DNA of 45,600 nucleotides, from positions 1-45,600 of the forward strand of contig CAYFQK010000003.1 of assembly GCA_964345255.1 (NCBI GenBank). Reading direction: 5' to 3'. The number at the start of each line of letters is the position of its first letter. The first letter of the stretch is position 1. The notes under the pieces were generated by a model. It was not told the origin of the DNA. It did no database searches and worked only from the letters and a program-made list of their open reading frames with translations. The DNA comes from an uncultured Bacteroidales bacterium. GTDB taxonomy: Bacteria; Bacteroidota; Bacteroidia; Bacteroidales; JAIPAH01. Below are positions 45,597 to 45,600 of this stretch, piece by piece. A program made the translations under genes and the position numbers.

Positions 45597-45600
45597 GAAA

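Overview
This is a dense chromosomal segment with clear Bacteroidota signatures. It carries the type IX secretion/gliding core operon porP-gldK-gldL-gldM-gldN and two proteins ending in type-A T9SS C-terminal sorting domains. Several intergenic regions hold exact TAnnTTTG -7 promoter boxes, and Shine-Dalgarno sites are almost absent. I call 36 CDS. Most are housekeeping: ahcY (cut by the window edge), greA, a HIT protein, a long-form purF-like amidotransferase, a GNAT, a C69 dipeptidase, an M23 peptidase, dxr, rseP, recG, pheT, secG, groEL, adenine deaminase, an ArsR regulator, an M1 aminopeptidase and a NodB deacetylase. I saw no rRNA, tRNA, CRISPR array, transposase, integrase or phage genes. 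Four things deserve a second look. (1) A 9-kb three-gene outer-membrane operon (2483-11638) encodes an oversized TonB-dependent-transporter-like protein, a 1436-aa T9SS cargo with no catalytic motif I recognise, and a PorV/PorQ-like barrel. I read it as a candidate undescribed T9SS-anchored capture/uptake module. (2) A sensor-less sigma-54 activator is translationally coupled to an LptE-like lipoprotein, a disordered/TPR protein and secG. (3) groEL has no groES and follows a 226-bp repeat-bearing upstream region. (4) An 8-bp-arm palindrome overlaps a textbook promoter and abuts the start codon of a Gate-domain membrane protein. All protein calls come from reading the supplied translations against motifs recalled from memory. 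No database or HMM search was run, so the family assignments are hypotheses.
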